From Candidatus Atelocyanobacterium thalassae (GTDB lineage Bacteria; Cyanobacteriota; Cyanobacteriia; Cyanobacteriales; Microcystaceae): a DNA stretch of 64,000 nucleotides. This document shows positions 1 through 11,043 of this stretch, in pieces (positions within the stretch are counted from its first letter, which is position 1; the number at the start of each line of letters is the position of its first letter). Where the stretch lies: the NCBI GenBank assembly GCA_051971635.1, contig JBFPLN010000001.1:128001-192000 (forward strand), in the 5' to 3' direction. The notes below the pieces were generated by a model, which had not been told where the DNA came from, did no database searches, and saw only the letters and a program-made list of their open reading frames with translations. The position numbers and the translations under genes were made by a program.

Positions 1-83
1 GTTTTTACCAATTGAGGATAAAAAGAAATAGTTGTTAACGAGCCCGCGCATATACCGATCCAAGTAAAAGCATCAGCGTCCAT
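1..83 (-). CDS. SemiSWEET / PQ-loop family sugar transporter (5' part only, runs off the window edge)
   Basis: Manual translation from ATG at 83: MDADAFTWIGICAGSLTTISFYPQLVK..., the typical G..AG.LTT.SF.PQ..K N-terminus. Not in the ORF track. Confidence 0.8.
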   Translation of the reverse strand, partial: MDADAFTWIGICAGSLTTISFYPQLVK

Positions 84-435
84 AAGTCAAAATAGATGGT
101 TAATGAGTAGTTAACGATATGGTAATGACAATAATATAATTCATTAATTGCCATCCTCCATAATTAATTTGTAAGATGAGCTTAAGGCAATGAGTATCTA
201 ATAATTATACCTTAACTCCACAGTATATTCTACTAACTATAAATAACTAAAATAGCTTATATCAAATTTAGAAATCATTATTCTAGAATAGAAGAATTTA
301 ATAATCATCAGAAATACTAATAAATAACTTTAGAGAATTAATATCTAACAAAAAAAGAAGCTATATGGAACATTTTGAAGCACTAAGTTTAAAAAATTAA
401 TACTTTTTGTGAAATAGAATCACTATAAATAATCT

Positions 436-1476
436 TCAACAAATTCTTGGTAATTGTTCTCCACTTAACATATCAACGATTCTAGTTGTTCCTATTTCAT
501 TATTTAAGGTAACTAAACCTATATTTTGTTCAGTAACTTCACCAATAATACAAGAATTATTAGAGAAAGATGTCATGATTTCTAGCGCTTTATCTACATG
601 ATTCTTAGGTATAAAAGCAATAAATTTACCTTCATTAGCAATATATAAAGGGTCAAAACCTAAAATCTCGCAAGCTCCTTTCACATCTTCCATTATAGGA
701 ATTGCCTTCTCTATTATGTTTATCCTCATTTTTGCACTGCTAGCAATCTCATTTAAGCTACTAGCCAAACCACCTCTCGTTAAATCTCTTAAGCAATGAA
801 TTTTTACTCCTTGTTTTATCATCTCTAAGACTACTTGGTGAAGAGGTTGGCAATCACTTTTAATTGTTGTTTCTAATTTTAGTCCTTCCCTTGTGGCCAT
901 TACGGAAATACCATGACGACCTATATCTCCATTTATTAGGATCTTATCTCCTACTTGAACCGACTCAGGGGCAATAAATTGATCATGTTCTACAACTCCT
1001 ATCCCCGAACTATTGATAAAAATTCCATCTCCCTTCCCCTTATCTACAACTTTAGTATCTCCTGTAATAACTTGTATGTCTGCTGTTTTTGCTGCTTTTT
1101 GTAATGATTGAATAATATCCCATAAGGCTTTCATTTCGAATCCTTCTTCTATAATAAAACCTAAGCTAATGTAAAGAGGACGAGCTCCACTCATCGCAAG
1201 ATCGTTTACTGTTCCGTTAATAGCTAAACTTCCGATATCTCCACCAGGAAAAAATAAAGGATTTACAACATAAGAGTCAGTTGTAAATGCAATTTTATTA
1301 TTAGGGATATTGACTACAGAAGAATCATGAGGTGAAAGATCTTTATTCATTTGAAAAACTGAAAATATCATTTTTTCAAGTAATTGCTGCATAAGCTTTC
1401 CCCCTCCTCCATGAGCTAATAAAACTTGAGGATATTGTTCAAGGGGAATAGGACATGTTGTTTGAAAATTAATCAT
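436..1476 (-). CDS. hypE: Hydrogenase maturation carbamoyl dehydratase HypE
   Basis: [40 protein letters not shown] motifs and C-terminal PRIC. Confidence 0.97.
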   Translation of the reverse strand: MINFQTTCPIPLEQYPQVLLAHGGGGKLMQQLLEKMIFSVFQMNKDLSPHDSSVVNIPNNKIAFTTDSYVVNPLFFPGGDIGSLAINGTVNDLAMSGARPLYISLGFIIEEGFEMKALWDIIQSLQKAAKTADIQVITGDTKVVDKGKGDGIFINSSGIGVVEHDQFIAPESVQVGDKILINGDIGRHGISVMATREGLKLETTIKSDCQPLHQVVLEMIKQGVKIHCLRDLTRGGLASSLNEIASSAKMRINIIEKAIPIMEDVKGACEILGFDPLYIANEGKFIAFIPKNHVDKALEIMTSFSNNSCIIGEVTEQNIGLVTLNNEIGTTRIVDMLSGEQLPRIC

Positions 1477-1796
1477 ATATTTGAAAAATATTATTTCTTA
1501 TAATCCTATGATAAGTACTATCATAAAATTTGTATCTTTAATTTTTTAATTAAATGACAATATATAAATGTTTAAAATTCTATATATTATCTTGTTAAGT
1601 AAAAAATTATAATTACAAAAAAAATATTCACTTATTACATAATTTACGGACTTTTAGTCTAGTATATTTTTTCTTATTTCTTCGCTGAGGAGAGATACTG
1701 TCTATTAGGATTAACTAATATTATTTTTATGTATACAACATAGTACTTACAAATAATAAGTGGTAATTAGTACATGCTTATCTTAGTAAATACGAG

Positions 1797-2450
1797 TTAT
1801 CTTTCTTCAAAAATAGCTTTTCCTAAACGTATCATGGTTGTCTTCTTTTGTATCGCCAATAAATAATCATTAGACATTCCCATAGATAGATTTTTTAAAA
1901 ATAATGAAGATTTTTCTGTAATATCTTGAGCCAGTTCCTGTACTTTCTGGAAAGCATATAAAGATTCACTATCTGAAAAATTGAGTGGTAAAATTGTCAT
2001 TAATCCATCAATTGTAAGATTCTCGCATCTTTCTAATTCGGACAAATCTTTCCAAAGCTGTTCTGGCGACCATCCGTATTTATTAGGATCTGGTACGATT
2101 TTCACCTGTAAGAAAATATGAGGTGAAACAGAAATATCATTGGTAATTTTATTTAGGTGCTGTGCTAACTTCAGACTATCAACAGAATGAATCCAAGCAA
2201 AATTTTTTAGTACTTTTTTAGCTTTATTTGCTTGTAAATGGCCAATAAAATGCCAAGATATATCATTATATTCTTTCAACTCTTCCTGCTTTTCTAAAGC
2301 TTCTTGAAGACGATTTTCAGCAAAATCACGAATTCCAAAACCATATGCTTCTTTCATTTTTTCGACTGATTGTTGTTTACTAACAACAACTAGGCGAACT
2401 GAAGATGGTAATTGAGATTTGATTTCAGCAATATTTTCACTAATTTTCAA
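1797..2450 (-). CDS. yggS: PLP homeostasis protein YggS/PipY
   Basis: VVVSK, FAENRLQE, WHFIGHLQANK, LSMGMSND motifs; TTG start. Confidence 0.93.
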   Translation of the reverse strand: MKISENIAEIKSQLPSSVRLVVVSKQQSVEKMKEAYGFGIRDFAENRLQEALEKQEELKEYNDISWHFIGHLQANKAKKVLKNFAWIHSVDSLKLAQHLNKITNDISVSPHIFLQVKIVPDPNKYGWSPEQLWKDLSELERCENLTIDGLMTILPLNFSDSESLYAFQKVQELAQDITEKSSLFLKNLSMGMSNDYLLAIQKKTTMIRLGKAIFEER

Positions 2451-2659
2451 AACAATTTTTTTAAATATACGATTAAAATTTACTATAATTTCTGATAAGA
2501 TTTTATTGTAACTGATTAATTAGTACAAAATATAATTATTAGTTATTTCTTCTACTCAAAAACGTTCTATTTAAATAATAGAAATAATTTTATTATTTAC
2601 ACATAGTTAATTATATTTTAGCTTTAAAAAATAAAAATAATTTAAAAGGATCTGCAATA

Positions 2660-3604
2660 ATGAAGGAAATAACTTACAGTCCTTCTCATACGATTGTCAT
2701 AACTTATGAATGCTTCAATTATTGTACATATTGTAATTTTAGAGTTCATTCAAAACTAGACAATTGGCTAAGATTAAGCGAAGTCGAAATTTTTTTAGAA
2801 AAAATACAAACTGAGTCTGTTAGTGAAATTTTAATTCTTAGCGGGGAAATTCATCCTCGCTCTCCAGAAAGAAAAATTTGGTTGCAAAGTATATACAATT
2901 TATGTGAACTAGCGTTGTCTATGAATTTTTTGCCTCATGTAAATGTTGGACTCCTAACTTATACAGAAATGAAAATTCTACAAACAGTCAGCATTTCAAT
3001 GGGTTTAATGGTTGAGCAATCTACCCCTATGTTGTTAAGTACTGTTCATTATGACGCACCTAGTAAGATTCCAAACTTAAGATTGCAACATTTAAATTGG
3101 GCAGGAAGACTAAAAATTCCTTTTACGACAGGAGTGCTGTTAGATATTGGAGAAAAAAAAGAAAATTCTTGGGATACTTTGAAAGAAATCGCTTCAATTC
3201 ATCAAAATTGGAATCATATACAAGAAGTTATATTACAACCGTATAGTTCTCAAACAGTACAAAAATCATATAAATTAATTTTTGATCAATATCAATTTAT
3301 TAAATTTATTAATAAAGCTAGAAGTATTTTACCAGACTCTATTAAGTTGCAACTTCCTCCAAACTTAATTCAAGATTCTAATTATCTATTACGCTGTCTT
3401 AAAGCAGGTATTCAGGATTTTGGTGGAATTAGTCCTAAGGATGAAATAAATCCTAATTATTTTCATTTTTCAAAGGAAAAGCTATCTAGAATGTTAAAAC
3501 CTGGAAGGTGGAGACTAACAGTACGGCTACCTATCTACCCCAAATATTACGAATATCTACCTCAATCCCTGCGAACAGTCGTAAATTTTTGGCAAAGGAA
3601 TTAA
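2660..3604 (+). CDS. cofG: 7,8-didemethyl-8-hydroxy-5-deazariboflavin (FO) synthase subunit CofG, radical SAM
   Basis: CFNYCTYC radical-SAM motif, SMGLMVEQ, PFTTG, HIQEVILQP, PPNL, DFGGISP. Confidence 0.88.
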   Translation: MKEITYSPSHTIVITYECFNYCTYCNFRVHSKLDNWLRLSEVEIFLEKIQTESVSEILILSGEIHPRSPERKIWLQSIYNLCELALSMNFLPHVNVGLLTYTEMKILQTVSISMGLMVEQSTPMLLSTVHYDAPSKIPNLRLQHLNWAGRLKIPFTTGVLLDIGEKKENSWDTLKEIASIHQNWNHIQEVILQPYSSQTVQKSYKLIFDQYQFIKFINKARSILPDSIKLQLPPNLIQDSNYLLRCLKAGIQDFGGISPKDEINPNYFHFSKEKLSRMLKPGRWRLTVRLPIYPKYYEYLPQSLRTVVNFWQRN

Positions 3605-3878
3605 ACATCTACCTACCTAAAGATAATTTTTTCATATCTGCCTACTCCAACAATTATACCATTTAAATCATAGTTTACATCTTATTAAACTATTGAAGGG
3701 TTTCTAGACTCATTCAATAAGATAATTAGATGTAATTTTTTATCTAGTTCTTTTTGGGAACTTTATTTACAAATTTTGTGACTATTCCTTATATAACGTT
3801 TTTATGGATTGACAGCTTTCTAGTAATCTATGAGATTATCTTTATTTGTATATATAGGGTAGCTTTAAGTTAGATAAT

Positions 3879-4172
3879 ATGAAAAATAAACAAAAATTCA
3901 TAATATATGTACCCTCTGAGATTCATAAACTACCTAAAATTAGCGCGTTTACTGAAGAAGAGTCTACGCCTTTTATAGTTGAAAAATCAGTAGATACCTA
4001 CCTTAAGCACTCTAGTGAAATTAAAGAGCTAGAAAATCTGAATTACAGGAAAAGTCACCAAGTATATTTTTGTCCAGAATGTGAGACTACTGTTGTAATA
4101 AATGATAAGCAAATTCTTTCTTTAAAAAACCAATCTGACGTTATCAAAGAAAATGTTTCTTTTCATATTTAG
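3879..4172 (+). CDS. Conserved cyanobacterial hypothetical protein (Slr0373-like), CPEC motif
   Basis: 97-aa ORF with HQVYFCPEC, lying first in the conserved operon upstream of ycf46 and ycf35. Confidence 0.7.
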   Translation: MKNKQKFIIYVPSEIHKLPKISAFTEEESTPFIVEKSVDTYLKHSSEIKELENLNYRKSHQVYFCPECETTVVINDKQILSLKNQSDVIKENVSFHI

Positions 4173-4265
4173 AATAGAGAAATTCTTATTCAAATATCTT
4201 AGATAAGGAAACATTTGTTTTTTATTAATTGATATTATTAATCACTATTATCTTTAATTAATTCT

Positions 4266-5777
4266 ATGAAAGAAGAGCTTAAATTATTAATCGAAGCTCA
4301 ATATCCCTTGATATACCTAGTAACATCAGAGGAGCAAAGAGCTGAGCAAACTATTGATAAAATTATTAAAGATCTTGAAGAACCTCGACATATTTTTTCA
4401 TGGACCGTTACTAATGGAATGAAGGAATATGGTCAACCCAATAACAAAACGCAACATAATACTATTCATGCTGAATCTGCTATTGATTGGGTGAATAGAA
4501 AGAGTGAACCGGGAATTTTTATTTTTAAAGATTTACATCCTTTCATTTCTGATGCAAGTGTCGTTCGTTCTTTACGCGATTCAATAGTAAGCCTAAAAGG
4601 GTATAGGAAGTCTATCATCATAATCTCTCCTGTACAACAAATTCCAATAGAATTAGAAAAAGATATAGTTGTTCTAGATTTCAATTTTCCAAACTTAAAA
4701 GATCTTGATCAAGTTTTATCAAAGCAATTAAATCAAATTAGAACTAGTAGTGAAATTAGCACTAGCTCTCGTGAAAAGCTGCTTCACGCAGCATTAGGTC
4801 TAACAAAAGATGAAGCTGAAAAAGTTTATCGAAAAGCCTTTGTCAAAGCTGGTAAATTAACAGAAGCAGAAGTTAATATTATCTTGTCTGAAAAAAAACA
4901 ACAAATTCGTCGTAACGGAATTTTAGAATATATTGAGCAAGATGAAACTATCGGTGCTGTTGGCGGCTTAGAGGAACTTAAAAAATGGCTAACACAACGT
5001 TCGGATGCATTTACTGAAAGAGCTAGAGAATATGGATTACCTCAGCCAAAAGGAATGTTAATACTAGGAGTTCCAGGATGTGGAAAATCTTTGATCGCTA
5101 AAACCACTTCTCAATTGTGGGGATTACCTTTACTTCGATTAGATTTAGGACGCGTTTATGATTCTGCTGTGGGACGTTCTGAAGCTAATTTAAGAGATGC
5201 ATTAAAAACTGCAGAATCTATTTCTCCAGCTATACTTTTTATCGATGAACTCGATAAAGCTTTTGCAGGAAATAGTGGCTCATCTGAATCTGATGGTGGA
5301 ACTTCTAGTCGTATTTTTGGTTCTTTTTTAACATGGATGCAAGAGAAAACTTCACCTGTATTCGTCATGGCTACAGCTAATCGTGTAGAACGTTTGCCAG
5401 GAGAATTTTTACGTAAAGGAAGATTTGATGAGCTTTTTTTCGTAGATTTACCAAGTTTTGAGGAACGTAAAGCTATTTTTAATATACATTTGAGTAAACG
5501 TCGTTCAGATATTTCTCATTTTGACATTGAACAGCTGGTTACGATTTCTGATGGATTCTCTGGCGCGGAAATTGAGCAAGCCATTATTGCAGCTATGTAT
5601 GAAGCCTTTGCCGAAGATAGAGATTTCTTGCAGCTTGATATTGTTGCTGCAATTAAATCTACCTTACCATTGTCTCGGACTATGGCGGAGCAAGTAACAG
5701 CTCTTCGTGATTGGGCAAGGCAAAGAGCTCGACCGGCGTCAACTTCAATCGCTGAATATCAGCGGCTAGAGTTCTAA
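4266..5777 (+). CDS. ycf46: AAA+ ATPase Ycf46 (Slr0374-like)
   Basis: Walker A GVPGCGKS, Walker B ILFIDE, SRH TANR..LPGEFLRKGRFDE; N-terminal AQYPLIYLVT.EE.R. Confidence 0.92.
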   Translation: MKEELKLLIEAQYPLIYLVTSEEQRAEQTIDKIIKDLEEPRHIFSWTVTNGMKEYGQPNNKTQHNTIHAESAIDWVNRKSEPGIFIFKDLHPFISDASVVRSLRDSIVSLKGYRKSIIIISPVQQIPIELEKDIVVLDFNFPNLKDLDQVLSKQLNQIRTSSEISTSSREKLLHAALGLTKDEAEKVYRKAFVKAGKLTEAEVNIILSEKKQQIRRNGILEYIEQDETIGAVGGLEELKKWLTQRSDAFTERAREYGLPQPKGMLILGVPGCGKSLIAKTTSQLWGLPLLRLDLGRVYDSAVGRSEANLRDALKTAESISPAILFIDELDKAFAGNSGSSESDGGTSSRIFGSFLTWMQEKTSPVFVMATANRVERLPGEFLRKGRFDELFFVDLPSFEERKAIFNIHLSKRRSDISHFDIEQLVTISDGFSGAEIEQAIIAAMYEAFAEDRDFLQLDIVAAIKSTLPLSRTMAEQVTALRDWARQRARPASTSIAEYQRLEF

Positions 5778-5910
5778 AAGCTTTCGTCTGTTTTTTTAAC
5801 AGTCGCTAAGGCTAGCCAAAAGCTAGCAGTATACTAAAAATTGTTTGTTTAAAACAATTTGTTTAAATTTTAAGTTATTATTAATTTTTGTTCCAACGGA
5901 GGAAATGAGA

Positions 5911-6264
5911 ATGTCACACTTCAGTACCTTACGCACTAAAATTACAGATGCTGAAATCTTGAAAACTTCATTACAAGATTTAGGAATTGCTGTAAAGATT
6001 GATTCTAATGTTAGAGGCCATAATGGACAGTATATTCATTCTGATATTGTTGCCGTTTTGGAAGGAGAATATGATCTTGGGTGGTCTCTTAATAGTGATG
6101 GCAGTTACGATCTAGTAGCTGATCTTTGGGGTGTTGCCAAGAAACATAACCAAACTGAACTTATTAATTCTATTAATCAAAAATATGCCATTAATAAAAC
6201 ATTAATGGAAGTCAAACAACGTAATTTAGGTAAGGTGAACATTAATTTAGTACTTCATAATTAG
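5911..6264 (+). CDS. ycf35: DUF1257 / Ycf35 family protein
   Basis: MSHFSTLRTKITDAE N-terminus, GGAGG RBS at 5898-5902. The ORF track start (5845) is probably too far upstream. Confidence 0.88.
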   Translation: MSHFSTLRTKITDAEILKTSLQDLGIAVKIDSNVRGHNGQYIHSDIVAVLEGEYDLGWSLNSDGSYDLVADLWGVAKKHNQTELINSINQKYAINKTLMEVKQRNLGKVNINLVLHN

Positions 6265-6371
6265 TCATTCATTAAATATCTAGTAACCTAAGTAATATTT
6301 TATTTCTTATCTTTCTGATGAAACGATTACTAGACTTATTTAGCAAAACATATAAGGTACTCATTATGTAG

Positions 6372-6435
6372 TTATGCATAAAATAATAAACATTTCTATA
6401 ATTAACTATAGAAATGTTTATTATTTTATGCATAA
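6372..6435. repeat. Perfect 29-bp inverted repeat with 6-nt loop (possible terminator)
   Basis: ttatgcataaaataataaacatttctata / attaac / tatagaaatgtttattattttatgcataa. Confidence 0.9.
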
Positions 6436-6611
6436 AAATTCTGATAAATTATGGTATGTGAGATAGATAATATAGAAACAATAGCTATTTTAATTGAGCA
6501 ACTTACATAGCAATGCTTAATAAACAATTAATACATCAGAGAATGATTAATTTAGTTATATTTTTATTTTTTTTCTACATATTGATGGTTATATGTTATT
6601 CTCAGGTAATT

Positions 6612-7079
6612 ATGGAAAATCAAGATAAAGCCATTAAAGTTATTAGTAATAATCGTAAAGCTTTTTTCCTTTACGAGATTTTAGAGAAATATGAAGCTGG
6701 AATTGAATTAGTCGGAACAGAAGTAAAGTCTATTCGTGCAGGGAAAGTCAATATAACTGATGGTTATGCGTTTATCAAAAATACTGAGGTTTGGCTAAGT
6801 AATGTTCACATATCTCCTTATATAGCTAGTAGTTTATATTTTAATCATGATCCTAGACGTATTCGTAAGCTATTAATGCGTCGTAAAGAGATCAATCAAC
6901 TTATCGGTAAAATTGAACAAAAAGGGTTAACCTTGGTACCTTTAAAGCTTTACTTTAAAGGTAGCTTGGTAAAAGTTAGCCTTGGTTTAGGGAAAGGGAA
7001 GAAATTACATGATAAGCGGGAAACAATTAAAAATCGTCAAGATCAAAGAGAAATATCTAGAATCGTTAAACAATACTAA
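6612..7079 (+). CDS. smpB: SsrA-binding protein SmpB
   Basis: NRKA..YEILEKYEAGIEL.GTEVKSIR, RKLL, KGKKLHDKRE. Likely start MENQDK at 6612. Confidence 0.96.
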   Translation: MENQDKAIKVISNNRKAFFLYEILEKYEAGIELVGTEVKSIRAGKVNITDGYAFIKNTEVWLSNVHISPYIASSLYFNHDPRRIRKLLMRRKEINQLIGKIEQKGLTLVPLKLYFKGSLVKVSLGLGKGKKLHDKRETIKNRQDQREISRIVKQY

Positions 7080-7322
7080 AGCATAATATTTATGTATTTT
7101 TTCTTGAACTTTATATTGAAATCCTAATGTTCTTTAAAATAAATAACATATTCTCAATTTTCAAAGCATAAAGTTATTATTACTAGATTATCTCTATACA
7201 GAATATGTACGGTGATCCACATCTATTGAGTGTAATAATCTCAGAATGAATATTCTTACAAAATCAGAGAGAATATAGTAATAATAACATCAACATGAAA
7301 CCACCATTCTAAAACAGAGCAT

Positions 7323-9296
7323 ATGACAGTACTTGAAAAAGGCAATATTAGTATTCACACCGAAAATATTTTTCCAATTATTAAAAAATCTCTATATACA
7401 GACCATGAAATTTTTCTACGAGAATTAATTTCTAATGCTGTGGATGCTTTATCAAAACTTAAAATGGCTTCTCTTGCTGGCGAAGTATCGTATGAAGTTT
7501 CTGAACCAGAAATTGTAATTACTATTGATAAAATAGATAAATCTCTTTCGATTACTGATAATGGAATCGGAATGAACGTAGATGAAATCAAACAATATAT
7601 AAATCAGGTAGCCTTTTCTAGTGCAGAAGAATTTGTTAAAAAGTATGAAAAAAATTCTAGTGAAATTATTGGGCATTTTGGACTAGGATTTTACTCAGCC
7701 TTTATGGTGTCTAAAAAAGTTGAAATTGATACTTTATCTTATAAAAAAGATGCAGAACCAATTCATTGGTCTTGTGATGGTTCTCCTTCATTTGAATTAA
7801 CTGAATCTAGTCGTACTAAAACAGGAACAACTGTTAAGTTAACTCTGATGGATGAAGAACATGAATATTTAGAACCTGAGAGAATTCGCCAGTTAGTTAA
7901 AAAATATTCAGATTTTGTTCCTATTCCAATTAAATTTGAAGATGCTGTTATTAATAAGCAAAAAGCTTTATGGAAAGAATCTGCTCAAAATCTTAAAGAT
8001 AGTGATTATTTAGAATTTTATCGTTATCTTTATCCTTATCAAGAAGATCCTTTACTATGGATACATCTAAGCACTGATTATCCCTATCTTTTAAATGGAA
8101 TTTTATATTTCCCAAAATTACGACCTGATGTAGATGTCTCGCAGGGTCATATTAAACTTTTTTGTAATCAAGTATTTGTTAGTGATCATTGCGAAGAAAT
8201 AATTCCAGATTTTTTAATGCCTCTTAGAGGCGTGATTGATAGTCCCGATATTCCGCTAAATGTTTCTAGAAGCGCACTGACTAATCATCGTACTGTTCGC
8301 AGTATTGCAAATCATATTGCCAAAAAAATTGCGGATCGACTTAAAGAAATTTATGAAAATAATCCAGAAGAATATATCAAATGTTGGCAAGATGTAGGAA
8401 CTTTTGTTAAATATGGTTCTCTCAAGGATGAAAAGTTCAAAAAACATATTGAAGATATTCTTGTTTACAAAACAACTTATACAGTTAATGAATCTGAGGC
8501 TCCACAAGTTCAAGTTGAAGAAGAGGATGATGCCTGGAAAGATGTTGCTGGTGAAAATAATGAGCTATCTTATGAAAAAATAGGATATACGACATTATCT
8601 GCTTATTTAAATCGAAATAAAAAGCTTCATGAAAATCGTATTTTTTATTGTACAGATCCTAATGTTCAAGCCACCCATATACAGTTATATAAAAATCAAG
8701 GCTTAGAAATCCTATATATGGATTCTTTTATTGATACTAATTATTTTATTCCTTTCTTAGAAAAAGAATATTCTGAAGTAAAGTTTTCTCGTGTAGATTC
8801 TGAATTGGATGATACCTTGCTTCAAAATGATAAAGTTAATGAAATTATAGATCCCAATTCTCAAAAAACTCGTAGCGATAAAATTAAAGAGTTATTTGAA
8901 ATGTCTTTAGATAATTCTAAAGTCAATATTAAAACACAATCATTAAAATCAGATCTTCCTCAAGATGCGCCTCCAGGAGTTATTTTATTGCCTGAGGCAG
9001 CAAGACGTCTTAAAGAAATGATGGCTGCATCTCAACAACAAATAATGGAATTCCCTGATGAACATATTCTTGTCGTTAACACGAACCATCCTTTAGTTGA
9101 AAATATCTTTCAGTTAAGTCAAGCAAATATCATTCAACTAGAAAATGAATCTCCTTCAGGCCAAATGGCTAAAATGCTGTGTCGCCATATTTATGATCTT
9201 GCACTGATTACACAAAAAGGAATTGATGGCGAAAATATGAAATCCTTTATGCAAAGGTCAAATGAATTACTTACTAATCTGACCAAATCGAAGTAA
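7323..9296 (+). CDS. htpG: Molecular chaperone HtpG (Hsp90)
   Basis: FLRELISNAVDA, ITDNGIGM, IGHFGLGFYSAF, PLNVSRS motifs. Confidence 0.97.
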   Translation: MTVLEKGNISIHTENIFPIIKKSLYTDHEIFLRELISNAVDALSKLKMASLAGEVSYEVSEPEIVITIDKIDKSLSITDNGIGMNVDEIKQYINQVAFSSAEEFVKKYEKNSSEIIGHFGLGFYSAFMVSKKVEIDTLSYKKDAEPIHWSCDGSPSFELTESSRTKTGTTVKLTLMDEEHEYLEPERIRQLVKKYSDFVPIPIKFEDAVINKQKALWKESAQNLKDSDYLEFYRYLYPYQEDPLLWIHLSTDYPYLLNGILYFPKLRPDVDVSQGHIKLFCNQVFVSDHCEEIIPDFLMPLRGVIDSPDIPLNVSRSALTNHRTVRSIANHIAKKIADRLKEIYENNPEEYIKCWQDVGTFVKYGSLKDEKFKKHIEDILVYKTTYTVNESEAPQVQVEEEDDAWKDVAGENNELSYEKIGYTTLSAYLNRNKKLHENRIFYCTDPNVQATHIQLYKNQGLEILYMDSFIDTNYFIPFLEKEYSEVKFSRVDSELDDTLLQNDKVNEIIDPNSQKTRSDKIKELFEMSLDNSKVNIKTQSLKSDLPQDAPPGVILLPEAARRLKEMMAASQQQIMEFPDEHILVVNTNHPLVENIFQLSQANIIQLENESPSGQMAKMLCRHIYDLALITQKGIDGENMKSFMQRSNELLTNLTKSK

Positions 9297-9311
9297 CCAC
9301 TTTCATAAAAA

Positions 9312-9340
9312 TATGGGGGCTTATTTACCTAGCTCCCATA
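9312..9340 (+). terminator. Hairpin downstream of htpG (probable bidirectional terminator with tRNA-Met)
   Basis: tatgggggct...agctcccata stem just after the stop codon. Confidence 0.6.
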
Positions 9341-9385
9341 TAGCATATACATATTAATGGTACTTAGAAAAATAGTATTGAAAGA

Positions 9386-9459
9386 TGGCTCAAGGGTGAT
9401 TTGAACACCCGACCTTGGGCTTATGAGTCCCCTGCTCTAACCAACTGAGCTACTGAGCC
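9386..9459 (-). tRNA. tRNA-Met (CAT), elongator type
   Basis: GGCTCAGTAGCTCAGTTGGTTAGAGCAGGGGACTCATAAGCCCAAGGTCGGGTGTTCAAATCACCCTTGAGCCA cloverleaf. Confidence 0.93.
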
Positions 9460-9576
9460 AATAACGTACAAATATAATATAACATAATAAGAGTGACGAT
9501 ATATCCAATTTTTTTTTTTTTTTGATTTTTTAATTAAAAATAATATCTTATCGTTTCAATAGAAGAAAAATAATAG

Positions 9577-11043
9577 TTACCTTGTTTTAGGCAAAAAAGC
9601 CATTGGGTTTTGTGCGCCTCTTCCTCTAAGGTGAATCTCATAGTGAAGATGTGGTCCTGTACTATAACCAGTACTACCCATTTCGGCAATTTTTTGTCCC
9701 TGCTCTACCTTCTGTCCTCGCCGTACTAAAATTCTACTATTATGAGCGTATAAACTGATACTACCATCAGGATGGCGAACTCTAAGTAGATTTCCGTATC
9801 CGCCTGAACTCCATCCCGCACTTATAACTTCTCCAGAAGCTGAAGCCATGATAGGGGTACCAGTAGGAGCTGCAATATCTATACCTTTGTGCATTCTTCC
9901 CCAGCGACGCCCGAAACCTGAAGTTATTACTCCCTTACTTGGCCATATATGTCCAGAATATTTTGCAGGAGCACTAGGAAGATATTTATCGGGGTTAGAT
10001 ACTTTTGGAAGATTAGGCTTAATATCGGTCTCTAATGGAATTTGAAAAGTATTATTATAGACATCTACATAGTTAGGAACCACACCTATTAATTTAGGTT
10101 TTTGAACGTTAAATTGTGTTACGGCTCCACCTAAGTTTTTCTGATTTACGATTTTATTTAAGCTTGGAGGAGGTTCTTTATAACTAGGAAGTTTCGATTT
10201 TGTTATTTGAGACTGATTAATTGTCGTAAGGCTTTTAGAAATTTGATTCTCTTTTAGATATAAAATACTAAGACTTGATTCTTTAGACTGTTTGCTTTTG
10301 TCTACTGAAATTTGTTGTGGGATTACTAATGTTTGATTAACTCTTATAAAATTAACATCAGTAATATGGTTTGCACTTATTAACTCTGACGTCGAGATAC
10401 CATGATGACGGGCAATACTATTAAGAGTATCTCCTGGGCGAACTTTATAACTTTTCTTGTTTATAGCAATTAAAGATTGTGAAAATACTGAATTCAAATC
10501 TCCAATCAAAGTGATTTTTGGTGTAATTTCATGAGTATATGTGCCTCTAATATTCCCTGAAGTCTTTGGTTGTATTATTTTCGTTATATATCTAAATGGC
10601 GCAACAGCATTCTTAATTACTTGTGTGTTATTTAATTTAAAAAAATTATTAGAAACAACTTCATTTTCTTTATGAAAATTATTAATTAGCTTGTAGTCAA
10701 TATTTTTTGTTTTAGAATTAATACCTGTAGAGCTCTTAGGAATGATTTTTTGATTTAAATTTTTAATAGATGGAATTCTTATAATTGGTTCTGATTCAGG
10801 CTCAATAGTATCTATTTTGATACTTGATCTTGATAAATTTATAGCTGAAGCTATTTCAGTTTTAACTGTAAACATTCCTACACAAGTAGCCAAGCTAAAC
10901 ATGGCTAAAGAATGACAAAGGTTGTTTTTTTTGTTTGAGATTAATTTATTTTTGTATACCTGAGGGAAAAATATATTCTCTGATTTTATGTATTTTAACA
11001 AGTGAGAATATGCTGTTATTACTTTATCGGACTTATCTTTCAA
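9577..11043 (-). CDS. nlpD: LysM + M23 peptidoglycan endopeptidase, NlpD-like
   Basis: LysM YKVRPGDTLNSIARHHG; M23 HKGID and STGPHLHYEI motifs. Confidence 0.9.
   Translation of the reverse strand: MKDKSDKVITAYSHLLKYIKSENIFFPQVYKNKLISNKKNNLCHSLAMFSLATCVGMFTVKTEIASAINLSRSSIKIDTIEPESEPIIRIPSIKNLNQKIIPKSSTGINSKTKNIDYKLINNFHKENEVVSNNFFKLNNTQVIKNAVAPFRYITKIIQPKTSGNIRGTYTHEITPKITLIGDLNSVFSQSLIAINKKSYKVRPGDTLNSIARHHGISTSELISANHITDVNFIRVNQTLVIPQQISVDKSKQSKESSLSILYLKENQISKSLTTINQSQITKSKLPSYKEPPPSLNKIVNQKNLGGAVTQFNVQKPKLIGVVPNYVDVYNNTFQIPLETDIKPNLPKVSNPDKYLPSAPAKYSGHIWPSKGVITSGFGRRWGRMHKGIDIAAPTGTPIMASASGEVISAGWSSGGYGNLLRVRHPDGSISLYAHNSRILVRRGQKVEQGQKIAEMGSTGYSTGPHLHYEIHLRGRGAQNPMAFLPKTR

Noticed and set aside
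1797..2450. Separation of yggS/pipY from sepF as a novel rearrangement
   Set aside because: Unlinked arrangements also occur in free-living relatives, so lineage specificity cannot be shown from this window.
9509..9523. 15-nt T homopolymer
   Set aside because: Intergenic in an AT-rich genome; no evidence for phase variation.
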